DNA of 64,000 nucleotides. Origin: an uncultured Clostridia bacterium (lineage in GTDB: Bacteria; Aerophobota; Aerophobia; Aerophobales; AE-B3A). The notes beneath the pieces are model-generated. The model made no database searches, was not told where the DNA came from, and was given only the letters and a program-made list of their open reading frames with translations. A program made the translations under genes and the position numbers. Shown here one piece after another: positions 62,041 to 64,000 of the stretch (its first letter is position 1; each line of letters opens with the position of its first letter). The stretch is taken from assembly GCA_964543295.1 (NCBI GenBank), contig CAZIXA010000007.1, positions 8,295 through 72,294 on the forward strand, in the 5' to 3' direction.

Positions 62041-62919
62041 ATGTCTAAAACCATGGGAATAATTGTAAATAGAGAGAAGGAAGGGGCAGTCCAGTATGTC
62101 CGGGGTATGATCCAATGGCTAGAGGAGAAAGAAAACCAGATTCTGGTAACTAACTGGTTAGGGAAGAGAATCCATCGGCATGATCTGGTAGCAGACAAAA
62201 GTGAGATGGGTGAAAAATCAGATCTTGTTGTCAGTCTGGGGGGAGATGGAACTCTTTGCCGAGCAGCCCGAGATTTTGCCCCTTATGAGGTTCCCCTTCT
62301 AGGCATCAATTTTGGGGGATTAGGCTTCCTTACTGAAATCCCCATTTCCCGATATCAGCAGGGTCTGAAGAAGATCTTAGCCGACGATTATCGAACCGAA
62401 AAACGCCTCATGCTAGAGGCAAATCTCATCCGAAATAAAGAAAAAATAGAAACCTGTCTTGCTTTGAATGATGTAGTGATCAGTAAAAGGGGAATTCCTC
62501 GCATTATAAATCTTAAGACCTTTGTGGGTGGAGAATTTATTACCACTTACTCGGCTGATGGATTGGTTATTTCCACTCCCACCGGTTCCACGGCTTACTC
62601 TCTTTCCACTGGTGGCCCGGTAGTACATCCCAATCTGGGGGTCGTAATCCTCTCCCCTATCTGTGCCCATACCCTGGCGGTGAGACCTTTGGTTATCCCG
62701 GAAACAGACGAGATAGATGTCCTGGTGGAGCCTTCTTCCGGTAAAACCCTGCTTACCATAGATGGCCAGGTTGTCTACGATCTAAAGGAAGAGGATATAA
62801 TTAGAGTAAAAAAGGCTCCCTCTCAGGCTACTTTAATAAGACTAAAAGAGAAGTTTTTCTTCAGAATGCTCCAAACCAAACTGGGGTGGACTGGCATTAG
62901 TTATAAAGCTCCCAGGTAA
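62041..62919 (+). CDS. nadK: NAD kinase
   Basis: GGDGT motif, NE/D short motif, DG.vist...GSTAYSLSAGGP. Confidence 0.93.
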   Translation: MSKTMGIIVNREKEGAVQYVRGMIQWLEEKENQILVTNWLGKRIHRHDLVADKSEMGEKSDLVVSLGGDGTLCRAARDFAPYEVPLLGINFGGLGFLTEIPISRYQQGLKKILADDYRTEKRLMLEANLIRNKEKIETCLALNDVVISKRGIPRIINLKTFVGGEFITTYSADGLVISTPTGSTAYSLSTGGPVVHPNLGVVILSPICAHTLAVRPLVIPETDEIDVLVEPSSGKTLLTIDGQVVYDLKEEDIIRVKKAPSQATLIRLKEKFFFRMLQTKLGWTGISYKAPR

Positions 62920-62994
62920 AATGGGAGAAACCGCCTGGGTGGCTTTGTTTTTTATCTTTTTAGAGGTATTTTTCAAAAATGAGGGATGACCAGA

Positions 62995-64000
62995 CTATCC
63001 CTCATTATTTACAATAGAATTCCATCGCTGGAGGAGGTAAGGCTTTAATTTCTCAAACTCATCACATAATCGCTCAATTACCTCTTCCGCCTCGTAGGTC
63101 GGCATATCTTTGGTCTCAACAACAAAGGAAGCTGTCCTTCCAAAATAAATAGGCACCAGAGACTCGAGAAGTTGATCCCTCACCTCAGGTAGAGCATCTT
63201 TTCTTTGACGATAGGCAACGGCAAAGTCATAGACCGTTTTTATCCAAAGTGTCTGAGAAAGACCAAATCCATCGAAGGGAAGCCTGGCTACTTTTTCTAG
63301 CTGTCTTACCCTTTCGCGTGGAAGGAAGGTAAGCCAATAATCACGATTCTCCTCTAATCCTTTTCTAAATTTATCTACCAAAAGCTCAAGATTTACCGCC
63401 ACAGGTTCAGGGGAAGCTTCTGAACGAAAACCATACACAGCGGTGGGCTTTGTATAGGTGATACGCTTCCAGTGATTTTCATAATCACACATGAGGTGAA
63501 AAAGAGTACCCACCACTTGTTTAAACATAGGAGCGAGATCTTTCCCGGGGTCCTTGGCATCGTGTATTTTAGCTCCCAAGAAAGATTGACACACCTTGTA
63601 GCCCTCGTTTATAGCAGTAGCAGTCATCCAGATATCTATACCATAACGGGCCACATCTGTTCCCCAAACATCCTTATCTAAGAAGGATTTAACTAGTTTG
63701 CCCGAAAAGCCAAAATCTCCCCCTATGGGTTGACGCACCCTTAAACCAGTAAGGGCTCTCGTTAAAGGGTAGACAATGGAATTGGTAATGGTACCATCGT
63801 ATTTATGACGAAGGTAAAGGGGAGAAACATATTCATACCCTTTTATCACGATTGGGCCGGCCAAAAGCTCAACCCATTCAGGATTAATGCTTCTTAGGTC
63901 AGCATCGACCACCACACAGGCTCTTACCTTCAGCAACTTTGCTGTTTCGAAAATAGCCTTGAAAGCACTTCCCTTTCCGGGAATACCATGATAGGGAGTG
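62995..64000 (-). CDS. Mannosyl-/glucosyl-(3-phospho)glycerate synthase-like glycosyltransferase (partial, N-terminus beyond window end)
   Basis: PGKG...VVDADL...QPIGGDFGFSG pattern resembling mannosylglycerate-synthase-type GT-A glycosyltransferases; ORF runs off the window. Confidence 0.6.
   Translation of the reverse strand, partial: TPYHGIPGKGSAFKAIFETAKLLKVRACVVVDADLRSINPEWVELLAGPIVIKGYEYVSPLYLRHKYDGTITNSIVYPLTRALTGLRVRQPIGGDFGFSGKLVKSFLDKDVWGTDVARYGIDIWMTATAINEGYKVCQSFLGAKIHDAKDPGKDLAPMFKQVVGTLFHLMCDYENHWKRITYTKPTAVYGFRSEASPEPVAVNLELLVDKFRKGLEENRDYWLTFLPRERVRQLEKVARLPFDGFGLSQTLWIKTVYDFAVAYRQRKDALPEVRDQLLESLVPIYFGRTASFVVETKDMPTYEAEEVIERLCDEFEKLKPYLLQRWNSIVNNEG

Noticed and set aside
1-64000. 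CRISPR arrays / cas genes / obvious defence systems
   Set aside because: No regularly spaced short direct repeats and no cas, restriction-modification or other defence-type ORFs were seen. The only repeats are the two dispersed families reported above.

Overview
This is a bacterial chromosomal window, about 42% GC, with almost all genes on the minus strand. The first ~16 kb is a conserved translation/transcription cluster read right to left: tRNA-Tyr, tRNA-Thr, tuf, tRNA-Trp, secE, nusG, rplK, rplA, rplJ, rplL, rpoB, rpoC, rpsL, rpsG and the start of fusA. It is followed by ppdK, hflKC, proA, a TsaC/LMW-PTP fusion, dCMP deaminase, an isolated V-type ATPase G+I subunit pair, an Fe-ADH and glmS. 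From ~29.4 kb to 57.9 kb lies an accessory catabolic island. It carries five short-chain dehydrogenases (SDRs), five zinc-dependent alcohol dehydrogenases, a tungsten-type aldehyde:ferredoxin oxidoreductase, KDPG and HpcH aldolases, a Gfo/Idh/MocA oxidoreductase, a creatininase-family protein, a RidA plus threonine-synthase-like pair, and three sugar ABC importers that lack ATPase subunits, under LacI/IclR regulators. The island also holds many gene remnants and two decayed insertion sequences: an IS3-family element and an ISNCY-family element that is itself interrupted by a 385-bp MITE-like element. The window ends with xseAB, a YuiD-like protein, nadK and a partial mannosylglycerate-synthase-like glycosyltransferase. 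The most notable signals are the nested MITE in the ISNCY transposase, a 458-bp perfect direct repeat 11.9 kb apart, a promoter-associated structured RNA-like repeat (one copy in the glmS leader), an apparent in-frame rplJ–rplL fusion, a Cys-cluster insertion in EF-Tu, and a GC-rich structured element antisense to the secE–tRNA-Trp spacer.
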